A DNA stretch of 64,000 nucleotides from Octopus sinensis (GCF_006345805.1 NC_043002.1:34658001-34722000); one strand, 5' to 3'. Positions 11,870 to 25,020 are shown, counted from the stretch's first letter. Numbers and translations: made by a program. Notes: generated by a model not told the origin, from the letters alone.

Positions 11870-12020
11870 TTATTGTTCATATTTTATTTGTTTCAGTTAC
11901 TGGACTGCATCCTAGTAATACTTTTTATTTATTTATTTATATATTTTGTCTGGTACTTATTCTATCAGTCTCTTTTGCTGAACTGCTAAGCTGTGGGGAT
12001 ATAAATAAACCAACAAGTTA
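11870..12020 (-). mobile_element. SINE family A, 3' half
   Basis: gtacttattctatcagtctcttttgctgaactgctaagctgtggggatataaataaacc matches the family A body. Confidence 0.75.
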
Positions 12021-12070
12021 TTATTATGATTATTATTACTAGTATTATTATTATTATTATTATTATTATG

Positions 12071-12325
12071 TACTGGTGTCATGCAAATTGGCACCCGTGC
12101 CAGTGGCATGTGAAAGCACCCTTATGTCATGCAAATGGCACACGTGTTGGTGGCACATAAAAGCACTCATTACACTGTTGGAGTGGTTGGTGTTAGGAAG
12201 GGCATCCAGCCATAGAAAACCATGCTAAATCAGACTGAAGTTTGGTACAGCCTTCCAGCATGCCAGCCCAGTCAAAACATCTTAACCATGCCAGCAATGA
12301 CAATAGACATTAAATGACGATGATT
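12071..12325 (+). mobile_element. RTE LINE 3'UTR fragment
   Basis: gagtggttggtgttaggaagggcatccagc...agacattaaatgacgatg is the sense form of the tail at 7106 and 45103. Confidence 0.8.
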
Positions 12326-12338
12326 ATGATTATTATTA

Positions 12339-13280
12339 AGGTGGCAAGCTGGCAAAATAGTGAGCATGCTAGGAAAAATGCTTAGCAGCATTTCGTCCAA
12401 CTTGACATTCTGAGTTCAGACTCTGCTGAGGTCAACTTTGCCTTTCATCTTTTCGGGGTCGATAAATTAAGAACCAGTGAAAAACTGCAATCAGTGAAAT
12501 AGACTAGTCTCCCCTCCTCAAATTTCAAGACTTGTGACTATAGTAGAAAGTATCATTATTGTTATTTTTATTACTAAGGAAGTGTGCTGGCGGAATCATT
12601 AGCATACTGGGTAAAATACTTAGCAGCATTTTGTCCATGTTTATGTTAAGGTTCACTTTGCCTTTCATCCTTCTGGGGTCAGTAAAAAAAGTACCAGTTG
12701 ATCACTGTAATCGACGTAATAACTTGCCCCTCCCCCAAAATTGCTGGCATTGTGTCAAAATTATCATTATTATTATTAATATTATTATTAATTATTATTA
12801 CTATCATCAAGGCAGTGGATTGGCAGAATTGTTAGATCAGTATTTCTTCTGAGTCATTATGTTCTGAGTTCATATTCCACTGAGGTCAACTTCACCTTTC
12901 CTCCCTCCAAGGTCAATAAAATAAAGTACCAGTCAAGTACTGAGGTTGATGGTATCAACTAACCTTCTTTTGAAAATTGCTGGCCTTGTGCCAAAATTTA
13001 AACCATTATCATTAATATTGTTACAATCATCATCATCCTCACCATCAACATCATCAAGAAGGCAGAGAATTGGCAGAATCATTAGAGCATTGGACAAAAT
13101 ACCTTATATTATTTTCTCTGGCTATTTACATTGTGAGTTCAAATCTCATCATGGCCAACTTTGTCTTTGTCTTTTGAGGGTTGATAAAATGAAGAGCCAG
13201 TTAAGAACTAGGGTCAATGGTATCAACTAACACCCCCTGTTCAAAACTGCCACCCTTGTGCCAAAATTAGAAGCAATTAT
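12339..13280 (+). mobile_element. Four head-to-tail diverged copies of tRNA-derived SINE family B
   Basis: Copies start at ~12339, 12577, 12809 and 13059. Each has aaggc.g.gagctggcagaa...ctgagttca.at.cc.ctgaggtcaactttgcctttcatc...gtcgataaa.taagtaccag...aaattgctggccttgtgccaaaatt and an (ATT/CAT)n tail. Confidence 0.85.
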
Positions 13281-13814
13281 TATTTAGAGTAATGTAGAAG
13301 ATTGGTGGCTACAATTTACGCAGGTCATCCCAGACTGCTGAAGTAGATGTGGTTGATGTTTAGCTCCAACTTTTTCAGGTTGATGCCAGTTGGGAAAAAT
13401 ATACAGAACAAAAATGGTTCTTGAGATACAGTTCTGGGGTCAAAGGAGTGGCAGAGGGTTCAATACTGGTTCGTGTAGTTGAAATACACAAAGGATAATA
13501 CAAAAAAGAGAGGTGGTTACTAATTAACAGAAGTATGAATTGTTACACCTAAATATAGTTATCTAGAAATATTCGAGGTACAAGTGACACTCAGTACATC
13601 AGTTGTTGACTGATTGGATAATGTCAGAATCGGCCAATCATTTATTTTATCTCAAAATTTGTGAAGAATAGCATTACTGATCATAAGTTTCCAAGAGGCT
13701 AATCACTAGTTTATCGCTTCTCTGATAACAACAGTGACAAGGGAAATGTTTTTATTCCTAAAGCACTGTTTCTATCCTTCACTAATATGCATCATTAAAG
13801 GAAATATGTGTGCA

Positions 13815-13845
<31 letters not shown>

Positions 13846-13879
13846 TGATCTTCCACACAATTTTTGTCTACAAAAATCC

Positions 13880-13990
13880 ACTGTCAACTCAAGACTATGG
13901 CAGTAGACACCCAAGATCATATGCAGTATGATCAAACATAGAACCATGTGGTTGTGAAACAAACTTCTCAATCACAGAGCCATGTCTACA
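13880..13990 (-). mobile_element. SINE family A/D head fragment
   Basis: agaaccatgtggttgtgaaacaaacttctcaatcacagagccatg matches the reverse complement of the shared head. Confidence 0.55.
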
Positions 13991-15833
13991 TCTATAAATT
14001 GGATAACTTTTTTTTATATACAATCTAAAATATTTGCCTGCATCTTTGTAGTTCCACATAGGTTATTAATAGTATCATGAGACCCATATTTATGATATGT
14101 GGATAGCCATCAACTGCTCAGACCTAAAGTAAAAAATATCTTTTGGTTATATTACAACTGCATCATTACTATGAAAAATAATCCCACCTGTTTATTGCTA
14201 CAGTAACTGGTATTGAACACTAGCTCTAGAAGTCTTGGAACTTATCAATTTAGTCATTTTACAAGGTTGTTCTTGGTTGTTGTAAGTGTTGTTCAGTGCC
14301 AACTCAGATCCCATCCAGCAAAGCTATAATCAAAGGAATTCCAGCCATGACCATCTCATTTGCCCATTATTCCTAGCAGGTGGAGTAACATTACAGAAAC
14401 TCCTTTGTTGGTTTATTCTCATATGCATGGCTGTAGTTAGCAAAAGGGTTCATGAATGAAACAAGAATATTCCAGTACTGAACAATACAATGGACTGTTC
14501 CAAGGACACTATCCCTAAGAACTCTAAAACTGTTTTTCACTTTTCTTTGATGCAAAAAGAAAAATGGTGAAACATTAATGAGAAGATTAAGAAAGCCTGA
14601 CCGAGTAGATTATCTGCATGATGAAAATATAACCATTTTAATATGATTGCAAAGATTAGACAGTATGACCATCGCCAATGTACACAACATACTGGCAGCA
14701 TTAACTGAGATTACCAAAGAGATGTGATAAAACTGGTACTACTGCCCAATTATATACACATACTGATAGAAATGTATTGAAATAGGAATACGCATACACA
14801 TTTGGGCTGGCAATGACGTGAATGTGTAGCAATGTAAGTACATTGTGTAGGTGTATGTGAGCATTTATATATGAGTAGTGTGTGTGTGTGTGTGTGTCTG
14901 TATTTGAGTATTGTGTTTTGGCCTATGAATCAGAAAATATCCAAGTATGAATACATGTCTATAAAGATGAGTGACAGAATAAGTATGAATCAATTCATGT
15001 GTGTATGTGTAAAGATGATTGTGCATATATGAATGTATATAGCAGAAAGAGAGAGAAAAATAAATGTGCATGATTGTATGTATGTGTGTATGTATGTTTA
15101 AAAATAACTGTATAATATTTCTAGTGTTCACAATATTTTAAGAAGCTTATCAGAAATCAATGTTGTTGCTTGTTAACCCCATTGGTGCAGTAGCACAGTA
15201 GTGACTGATTACTGGAAGTTAGTTCACCAGTTGGGGACATAATCTCTCAAAGACAAATCTCTGTAATCAATGTCAAAATAGATATGAAGATAATTTAACC
15301 AGCTTGCCACATAATCAATATCTAAAGACTGCAATATTAACAGTCATCATTTTTTTCCTACGTAGACATCATTACTCAGACTTATGGCAAGGGCAGGAAA
15401 AGAAAAGGGTGTTATGATGCTCATTACTTTACAGACTATTTTAAATCCTAACAGGAAATTGAAAGAAGATTACAAATTCACCTTACTTAAGAACTGATAA
15501 AATGTAAGCCCTATGTCCAACTTACTTTTTTGTTGTTTTAACTAGGCAAATTGCTTTGTTCTACGATAACCTCAGCATCACATAGTATTTATTATATTGA
15601 ATCTGAAGAGGTAATTGTCAATACCAACACCAATAGGATTTGAACACAAAACACTGAGACAGAAAACTGGATAGTGTGAAAGCTGGTTATCTACAGTCTC
15701 TTCCATTGTTCACTACTGTTGTAATGAAACAGTAATTATAACTAATCTGATTAATTACTACCAAACTTAAGCTATATTTATACACAGAAATTGTTGACTC
15801 TTTTGACAGCAATCCACCTGAAACCTCTAGTGG

Positions 15834-16065
15834 AGGCGCATGGCTTGCTTAGGGTGTTGGACTCATGTTCATAAGACTGTGGCTTTAGTTCCGAGACCAA
15901 GTGACACGTGTTCTTGGGCAAAACACTTCATTCATATTGCTCCAGTTCATTCAGCTGGCAAAAATAAGTAATTTTGCGATGGACCAGCATCCTGTCCAGG
16001 TGGAGAATTTACAAGCTATGTAAACTAGGAAACCAGCCCTTATGAGTCAGTATGACACAAGAAGA
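15834..16065 (+). mobile_element. tRNA-derived SINE family C with CORE-like segment
   Basis: ggaggcgcatggcttgcttagggtgttggactcatg (tRNA-like head), gtgttcttgggcaaaacacttca (CORE-like) and gcgatggaccagcatcctgtccagg. Confidence 0.8.
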
Positions 16066-17134
16066 TAACTTTTACCAGGTGGTTGGTTCTAAGTGACAGA
16101 ACTGAATATTTAAATTGAATATTTAAATTGAATCCAAAATTTTACACAAAGCCTTTTAGATATGTTCCAATTAACCTAATAACATAAAAATAAAAAGTTT
16201 ACTTTACTAACCAAATTCTCAATTTTATTTTAATTAATCGAAACATATAAATAGTGCATTTTATGAGAAATGTGATCACAAAAAGGTTAAAGACAGCAAC
16301 TACTACAATTCAATTTCTTGCATACTTTTAGGAAAAAGAAAAATAAGATTGTGTGATGCCTAAGCTCCATTATTAACATTATTGCAATACTCATTATCTG
16401 GCTATTTTAAAAACTAAAGACATTTGAGAAGCAGTGATGGAGATGGTGGGGCATACAGTTGGTAAAGAAAGCTTTGTTCCTTCTAGAACAATCATTCACA
16501 TTTAAAGTGTTAGACTAATTATCTAACATTTGTTAACAAACTTATCAAAGTTGTAATGGCCAATTCTGAATATCACTGATTACAAGATATCCTATTAGTG
16601 ATGTCACAAAAGGAACTTTACGCAGTATCTTTCACATTACATGTTATTGCTCCTAACAAGTGTGGCGATAATATCTTGAACAATTGTTGTTTTGAAACAG
16701 ATTAAACAGCAACCTGTATTTTCTAATAACTGGTACAGAAGTCTGTGAAAAAAAAAACCTTCCAACTGCTGCTAAATTTTATTTGAAGAAACATCGAAAG
16801 CAAAATATAACAGAAAATAATATTGTTATCATTTAATTAAACAGTAATAAGATTTCATCCCCATCACAATATTGGCATGAAAGTTTCCAAAAGAAACAAT
16901 TGTAAAATATTTCTCATTGTAAACAACAGAAGCTGTCATTATTTTGATAAATGAAACCAGTTCTTTTTTTCTCTTTCTACATCATTTCTTCTAGATCTCT
17001 TCACAATAGAACAGTTCATGTCATCAAAATTGACTGGAATAATACAATGGACTTTTCAACTTACATAATGAAAAAGTCAAACTGATTCCTAGAAATATGC
17101 GTTTAGGTGCATAGCAGAAGCTGTCACTAGGTAA

Positions 17135-17580
17135 AACTATCACTTCACCAACTAGACATACAACTGATGTTACACTAACCAGACATACAACTGATGCTAC
17201 ACCAACCAGACATACAACTATCACTACACTAGCCAGATGTACAACTTTCACTACACTAACCAGACATATAACTAGAGCAACACTAACCAGACATGCAATT
17301 GACACTACACTAACCAGATGACTAATGCTACACTAACTAGACATCCAACTGATGCTGGACCAACCAGATATACAACTATCACTACACTAATCAGACATTT
17401 AGCTGTTACTAACCAACCAGATGTACAACTGTTATTATACTAACCAGATGTACAGCTGATACCAAACTAACCAGATGTACAATTGTAACTACACTAACCA
17501 GATGTTTAGCTGTTACTACACTAACTAAATGTAAAAACATCATTATACTAACCAGATATTTAACCCTTACTGTAGCCATA
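17135..17580. repeat. Degenerate 27-bp minisatellite
   Basis: Recurring ctacactaaccagatgtacaactgtta-like units; the minus-strand ORFs show the matching 9-aa period. Confidence 0.9.
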
Positions 17581-18899
17581 ATTACAACTGTTAGTACATT
17601 CATTCATCATTGATATTCCTCTACTAGACATTTTATAGAAGGGTATCTGGCTTTACTTATTTCATGTTTATCATGTATACAGTCTAATTTTTTTAACCAT
17701 TTCTTAATGTCAATTTCAGCCCCTTTGATTATAACACATTGCCATTGTATCTTGGTGCCTTACATTAGTATTTAGTTTTCAGATGAACATTAAGATTAAA
17801 CTGTTTTCTATTGAAATAACCAGTCATTTTATCAACAGCAAACAAGAAAAAAAAAGATATGCAAACCATTATTTCTAATATTATTGCCTTTCTGTGGATA
17901 AAAGAAAGTTTGAATGAGGTAGTATTATATAATACTGTTTAAGTGGGTTTTTTTTACTGTTTAAGCATTAAGGAGATCACTCATATGCCTTTCCTAAGTG
18001 TTTTCATTAAATCATTAAAAAGAGAATTCATAACAACAAAATCTGATCAAAATATGATGAACTTTTCATGTAGAAATGCCACTGCCAAGAGCAGTAATGC
18101 TGGGCTACTTGCATAAACTCCATACTAACAAACAGCAAAAACTGAAAAGTTCTCAAGATAAACATTTCACTAAAGAGAAAATCTTTACTATAAAGAATAT
18201 TTTGCTTTATTTTTTTTTTTTTTAATTTCTTCAATAAAGAGAATGCAATCAACTATAACCTTTGATATTACAATTCACAACAAATGCAATAATATTCTTT
18301 AGTAAGTCAAATAGACCCAGTTAGGTTAAATAATGAATAACAAAAAGTAGAGATGATATATTGATGTTGCCAATATCAAGAACTGTATACAATAATCTAT
18401 AGCTACATCAAAACTGAAAACTACAGAACTTTATCGTCTCCATATATTAAAACATATTAGCGTTTTAATAAAACAAATTTAACCATATACGTTAAAATAT
18501 TAGTGTTTCCTTTTTACTATTTTTTTAATGTCTACTAACTAGCATAACAATTAGTTGCCCTCAACGAAGGCTGATAACTGAAACTTTACACTTTACACTG
18601 CAGTAGTCAAATTCTCTAGAGCAATCATTAATACTACTTAACTGCCCCTACTTCAAACACATTCTATTTTGCCTGTATCAAAACTAAACTTTCATCCATT
18701 TCTAAACAGTATTTCATAGTAAAGAAGCTTATTATCAGTCATCAATCATAAGTGACATGGTAGCTCATACCATGCTTTCATTGTTTCAAGTGGTTGCCTG
18801 TAGACATAGATACCATCTCAGCTCTCCCACTCTTGACTTAGAAGAACATCAAGGATATGATAATGAGAAAGAGAGAGAGAGATAGATAGAAAGAGTTGC

Positions 18900-19030
18900 A
18901 TCAGTTAAGCTGGTATTCATTTTCAGCTGAGTAAGCTGGAGTAATGTGAAAAAAAGTGCCATGCTCAAAGAGACAACATGGTGCCCACTCAAGGAGTGAA
19001 ACCCATGTCCTTATCAGCATAGCCCTAACA
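18900..19030 (-). mobile_element. SINE family C fragment
   Basis: gctggagtaatgtgaaaaaaagtgccatgctcaaagagacaaca matches the reverse complement of the family C CORE-like segment. Confidence 0.6.
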
Positions 19031-19379
19031 TCTTATGCAAAGGGCAACACACCTTCACTAAACTTTCCTAAACTTAGCAATTTTCAGTGTAGTGTTTTGA
19101 CATTTATTTAGTAAAAGTCAATGTTGTTAAAAAAGTGCTTGTTACCATTATTGTATTTAAAGCTAAATATTTTAAAATCAAACTTTTATATGTCTTACAT
19201 GAAGGAAACTTAATCTGTCAAATTTTAAAATGTGAAAATATTGATGTGATATATACTCATAATTGAAGCTAATCTATTTATAGAATTAAGAAACCAAAAC
19301 TACTTTGAATTAAGTTTTTCTCATCCAGGTTAGAACCAACCAGATATATGTCAGATCAGCTCTAGCTATGTAAGGACCA

Positions 19380-19870
19380 ATGAGGAACTTCTACATGACC
19401 ATTCAACTAGCCAGAAACAGCAACCAAATATCCTTCAAATTACATTGACATCTTTAAAAAAAATGAAAGAAAAGCATATACTAGACAAGGTAGACCCCAA
19501 TATGCAAAAAGATGGGTTAGTCACAGTTTGAAAGCCTTTGATCCTAAGTTCACTTAATCAAAGCTAAATTGGGGGTAAACAACAACTCCAGATTTCTGAA
19601 ATTAAAGCAAGTTGTTTTGTTTCAAGTGATTATTCCACTTTTACTCTACCACAATTTAGTTCCAAATTAGAATTGGTATTTGAATCAATATACTACTGTT
19701 GTTCTTCAACTCTGATACTGCAGGTCTACAATTAACAGTATACAAGCAGTGATTATGTTGTATTATATATATGAGGCTACATTGTCTAATGTCCTTCCAT
19801 TTTTTGATATCTGAGGGAATTTGCTCGCTATTTTTAGCCAGTCAAGCAACCATGTATAGGTTCTTTTATT
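19380..19870. mobile_element. Two oppositely oriented copies of repeat family E (19380-19590 plus, 19770-19870 minus)
   Basis: catgaccattcaactagccagaaacagcaaccaaatatccttcaaat...aaacaacaac and its reverse-complement counterpart; the family also occurs at 40140-40330, 59300-59510 and 63250-63490. Confidence 0.65.
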
Positions 19871-20129
19871 GACTTTACTCATTGTATTGGAGATACTGGT
19901 GGCAGAGGCCTGGAGAAGATGAAAGTGATAGAACTGTACCTAATGAATAAGGAGAAAATTAGAGGTCCACTTTAATGAAAATGAGGATTAAAATGCTTTC
20001 AATTACAACCAGTTTATGTGGACATAACCAGGCTTTGAAAAGAAATCTGACAATGAAAAGAATTTTTGAAGTGTCACTGACAGAACAATGAACAAAAAAG
20101 TACCAACTAAGAAAGCCTTGTTATCTCTA

Positions 20130-20260
20130 TTCAGCAGCAGAGATCTCAGTTTGAAATCACATGGTTTCAAGTTCAGTCCCACAGCACAACACTTTGGGCA
20201 AGCTGCCAATGTCTTGTGAGTAAATTTGATAGCTGGAAACTGTGAAAGCCATTCATGTGT
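20130..20260 (+). mobile_element. SINE family A/D head fragment
   Basis: cacatggtttcaagttcagtcccacagcacaacactttgggcaag...ttgtgagtaaatttgatagctggaaactgtgaaagcc. Confidence 0.7.
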
Positions 20261-20328
20261 GTGTGTGTATGTTTATCAATTTGTTTTGCAAGATTCCAGA
20301 TGTGAAATTGTGTGTTGAAGCAGATATT

Positions 20329-20859
20329 ATTGTACTTGTTATCAAGATGGTCATTTTATTTATTTTTTTTTTTTGCCAAATAAACACAGGCACTATATTT
20401 TTTTTACTTCAATCATTTATTACTGTTATTTTATTATTATCTCTGCCTTAGCGAAGGTGGAGGTATTGTTTTCAGTTCCAATTGTTTGTTTGTCCATGGA
20501 GAAGATATTTTAAGAACTGCTGGATGGATTCAGATGAAATTTTCAGTGATGGTTGGCCGCGTGACTGGCACGAACTGATTAGATTTTGGGATTGATCCAA
20601 TACCAGACAAGGATTCTGGATTATTTTTCAGGTTTTTAAACTTAATTTTTGAGAGCAGTCAGGCTCATTTTTGGTATTCTCGTTTGTGAGAGCAGTCAAG
20701 TTTATTTCAGATATTCTCATTTTAAAAATCATCTCTGGCTAATCATTGAGAGGACACTGGTGTTGCCTTGGCGGAGGTTTGTGCTCTCTGAGTGCTCTGG
20801 TTTTTATTATTTTGACGCCTGTCCATTGTCCAAAAATCTTTCGTCACACATCGGTGTCC

Positions 20860-20894
<35 letters not shown>

Positions 20895-22546
20895 CGTGTG
20901 TGCGTGTATGCTTGTGTGTGTGTGTCATAGTTTGTAGCAGTAGTGTGGCCTTTCCCTCAGCCCCAACTTCTTACCCCATTGTGCTACTGCTGTCCTAAGG
21001 CCAGAGGAAAAAGAAAGGGAGGGAGGTACAGTTCCTGTATTCCTGTGTTTGTGTGTTTGTGTGTTCATTCATGGTGTTGCCATCGTGGTAGTTGTTATTG
21101 CCATTGTCGGCTTTGTACTTAGTACAAAGTCATCATTTGTACGTAGTACAAATCCATCATAGAGAGTGATGCTAAGGGGATCTGCCCACTGTACAGGAGT
21201 AAATCCTAGAAAAGCACAGAAAGGACCAGTAATAAGATAAATAAGGCCAACATTTGGTATGACAACAAAAAATACCAGAGAGTCATGTTTGCCTGGTGGT
21301 GAACTAGCACACCTTTTTAGAAAAACTTCAAGTGAGACTAATCTATGAATTAAAGTAGTGGAGAGGTCTGGTGCCCCTTTAAAATCCTTGATCTGCAATA
21401 TCTATCCCTTTGATAGTCCCCCTGTATGGAGTACAACTGTGTTATATGTAGGATGAACTCACAGGCTAACTGTAAGGTAAGGAATGTAGTGTATAGCTTA
21501 CGATGTACTGAGGGACAATGCAGAAACATGACAACTACCTACATAGGAGAGCATGTAGGTGAACATTGGTGAGAGCTCAAAGAAGGGAAATGCTTGTCAG
21601 TGCTCTTCCAACATGCTCAAGCAGAACATGGAGGCTTGATTAATAACACAGGTTAAAGTACTATCGACACATAGAACTGACACTACGCTTAGATTACAGA
21701 AGCTACATACATAACAGTAGACAGACTGAGCCTCAATAGAAAACATGAATGGAACAGTAACACTCACCACCACATCACACCAGATGACTAAAGACAGTAG
21801 GGATGTGAAGAGAGAGGAAGGAAGAAAAAAACCATAAATAATACACAGATACACAGTAACACACACAATAGACATATATGCACTTACCTGTGATATGTAT
21901 GAGAAATAGAGATAGATGCATTAAAAAAAATAGATAAATAAGTATATAAATTAGTATATAAATAAATAAATAAACGAATATATAAATATATCTGCCATAT
22001 ACCTGTGATAAATGTAAGACAGACATAGATAAAGTAAATAAATAAAACTATATAAAGGGCTTGGATACATAAGAAGCAAACCCATACACACACACAAATA
22101 CATGAAACCTCATGGATGGCTATATGCTGTCAACAACACAAGTAATACAGTCAGCAGCAACAGTGGTGCTGACAATGGCAATAACAATAACAACTACCAT
22201 GATGGCAACACTGTGGACTAACACACATATACAGAAGAATATAGAGACTGTACATTCCCTTTTTTATTTTTTTTCTCAGATCTTAGGACAGCAACAGCAC
22301 AATGGGGTTGAGAAGTTGGGGCTGAGGAGAAGTCCGCACTGCTGCTATAAACTATGACACACACACAAACATACACACACGCACACAATTACATTCGCAC
22401 ATAAAGATACACACAAGGAGTGAGTGGAGCAAGAATACACACAGAAATGAAAAGTGTCATTGAAGAGGTCACAGATGTGTAATGAAGGCTTTATGGACAA
22501 TGGACAGGCGTAAAAATAATAAAATAACAGTAATAAATGAGTGAAG

Positions 22547-22581
<35 letters not shown>

Positions 22582-22636
22582 CATGTGTTTATTTTGGCAC
22601 AAAAAAAATAATAAAATGACCATCCTGAAGTACAAT
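20329..22636 (+). mobile_element. Decayed 5'-truncated Penelope-like element: inverted pseudo-LTR, GIY-YIG remnant, pseudo-LTR
   Basis: 21220-21760 translates with stops to KVVERSGAPLKSLIC...ANCKVRNVVYSLRCTEGQCRNMTTTYIGE...HW*ELKEGKCLSVLFQHAQAEHGG...ITEATYITVDRLSLNRKHEWN. 20329-21111 is an inverted copy of 22168-22636. Confidence 0.8.
20435..20802 (+). mobile_element. Non-autonomous Helentron-type element (HINE-like) nested in the left arm
   Basis: 5' tattatctctgccttagcgaaggtggaggt, 3' subterminal gccttggcggagg followed by the hairpin gtgctctctgagtgc, T-rich flanks; absent from the partner arm at ~22510-22525. Confidence 0.75.
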
Positions 22637-22699
22637 ATATATATATATATATGCATATGTCTGTGTCTTTGTGCCTGTGTCTGTTGCACACTTCATTGA

Positions 22700-22875
22700 T
22701 CAAAACCAGTGTTAGTTTATGTTCCCATTACCCAGTGGCTCAGTAAAAGATACCAATAAAATAAGTACCAAACTTTAAAAAAATAAACAATGATTTGTTC
22801 AACTAAAACTCTTCACAGCAATGCTCTAACATGGCTGCAGTCCAGTGACTGAAACAAGTAAGAGATAAAAGATAG
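22700..22875 (+). mobile_element. SINE family A, 3' half
   Basis: ataccaataaaataagtacca...catggctgcagtccagtgactgaaacaagtaagagataaaag. Confidence 0.75.
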
Positions 22876-24054
22876 TACTTTAAGGGGCCATGTCAGGTAA
22901 ACTTGATGCTGTTTAATACATGATCATATATACAACTTCTGAATTGCTATTTTCTACAACTTATAGCTGATATGAAATCCCACAGTTATAGAAAAGAACA
23001 GTTCAGAAGTTGTAATTCCATTACCTTTATTGTTAAATGCATTAATAAAGAAGGTAAAATGATCTTTCCTTATGAGTTAGACATAGTTCACAGAGAAATT
23101 CCATAATACACACTAGATAATGAGAAATATAGTTAGCTGAGTAGCACCAAATATAGGATTACTTAACTGTTAAGAGACCGATAAAATTCAAGCATTTATC
23201 ACAAATTAAAACCTGAAAATGAAAACAATAATTATCATTGCTTTTGTTTTATAAAAAAAAAAAGGATTTCTTTTTCTTTTTTTTTTACCCCTATCATTCA
23301 GTGTAGGATAAATAATGTAGTTTCATATAAAATTGTTTCCAGTTTAATACATACCATAACATTTCTTTCTTGGAAACTGTGATCTTGATAAAACCTGTGT
23401 TTAGCTATTTATTCACAATGAATCTTAGTGAAGTATTTCCTTATGATAACCCCAGCAGCTAGTTAGATAAACAAAACGCATACAATGACCTGGTCAACAC
23501 AGCTATTCTCACTCACTCACTATCAGAAACTAAATTTACAAAAACCAGATGAATACAAATGTAATTTTGATAAATATTCCACTACATTTTTATCTAAATT
23601 TAAATAATTTTGTGATGCAGTGTCAGGATTTAGAATCACATTTATTTCAGCATGATGTGGCGTTCAAGAAATTTTGATAGACAGTTTTAATATCTTAGAT
23701 TCACTGCTTTTCAGTACAAACAGAAACAAGGTGCAGCCTGAAGCAGTCCACAGTAAATATATAAATAGCTACATATCATTGTAGAAAGAATAAAGTAAAT
23801 TTGAAAAAATTTAGAATGCCACAAAATGAACAAAAAGGATTTCACATAGTTAAAGATGGTAGTACATAGGTAAAAACATATTCAGCCCTTCTTGTAGGGT
23901 TTAGAATAGGAATCATAAACTAACTACCCTCTTTCTAAACAATATGTGATGAAATACAAAGTTGTTGATAAAGTATATGAATTCCAAAAATGTTAGATCA
24001 GCTTTGAGAATTTCCTCCACTAGTTTCCTTTAGCAGCTACTGTTGCTGCCCAAA

Positions 24055-24087
<33 letters not shown>

Positions 24088-24374
24088 TATTATGGCTATT
24101 CAAGCCAACAAGAGAGCCTCTCTTAAGCTACTTGGGAAACTATTCTTCAGTCAATTGCCCCTGGACAATTTCCCCCAATGAGAAAAAATTAAGAGTAAAG
24201 CATAACATATGAAGAAAGAAATAATTACTAATAAAATATACACACAAATTGTACCGGGGGTTCCATTAGAAATGAAAGGAAACAGTTAAATTAAGGTACT
24301 CAATATATGAACAAGAAATAAAAGAAAACCATATTTTGTCCAAGCGAGTGAGTGAGTGAGCGTGTGTGTGTATG

Positions 24375-24545
24375 TGTGTTGGTGCAGGCATAACTGAGTG
24401 ATTGAGAAGCTTGCTTCCTGACTGTAACTTCAGGCTCAGTCCCAATGTTTGACCTCTTGAACAAGTGTCTTTTACTATAATCTAAACCAAACAAAATCAT
24501 GTGAATAAATTTAGCAGATGGAAATGGAAAGAAGCCCATTGTGTG
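24375..24545 (+). mobile_element. SINE family A/D head
   Basis: gcaggcataactgagtgattgagaagcttgcttcc...ggctcagtcccaatg...gatggaaatggaaagaagcccatt. Confidence 0.7.
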
Positions 24546-24604
24546 TGTACAGATTCTATTAAATTTTTAAAATGAAATGTGTTTTAATAAACACTGACTT
24601 TATA

Positions 24605-24810
24605 ATCATTTAACGATGCAGTGTGGAATCATTCAAATTGCAGCTGGATAGATACCTAAGCACCATTAGAGATGAACCCCATCTCCCAGGATATACACAA
24701 CAAGCACAAACTGACTCAAACTCGCTCCTACACATGTCAAAATTAAACAGAGAATACAACCTGGCAACCACACCAGACTCTGAGGATGGAGTCTTCGACT
24801 TGGCCTGAGC
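24605..24810 (+). mobile_element. CR1/L2-type LINE extreme 3' end
   Basis: CSVESFKLQLDRYLSTIRDEPHLPGYTQQAQTDSNSLLHM parallels the C-terminus of the LINE at 34740-34860 (IFKKHLDKLLSG.PDDP...[10 protein letters not shown]). Confidence 0.75.
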
Positions 24811-24859
24811 ATGGACTCAAACTCAAATGAAATGAAATATATATTTTTTGAGATACTGT

Positions 24860-25020
24860 TGGCATGTGTGTGTATTTTACTTGTTCCAGTAAGGCCATGC
24901 TGGGGCACTGCCTTGAACTTTTAGATGAATGTATCAACCGCAGTACTTATTTCTTTAAAGCTTGTTACTTATTCTATCAGTTTATTCTGCAGAACCGCTA
25001 AATTACACACACACACACAC
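24860..25020 (-). mobile_element. SINE family A, 3' half
   Basis: ttttacttgttccagtaaggccatgctggggcactgcc...gtacttatt...ctattctatcag...gaaccgctaaattac. Confidence 0.75.

Noticed and set aside
15526-15602. Minus-strand exon with a strong GTAAGT donor
   Set aside because: Stop codons in all three frames.
18771-18797. 27-nt minus-strand micro-exon (QPLETMKA); similar 30-nt case at 37561-37590 and plus-strand 36857-36893
   Set aside because: Plausible splice signals, but such short open segments occur by chance in 64 kb; not supportable without RNA data.
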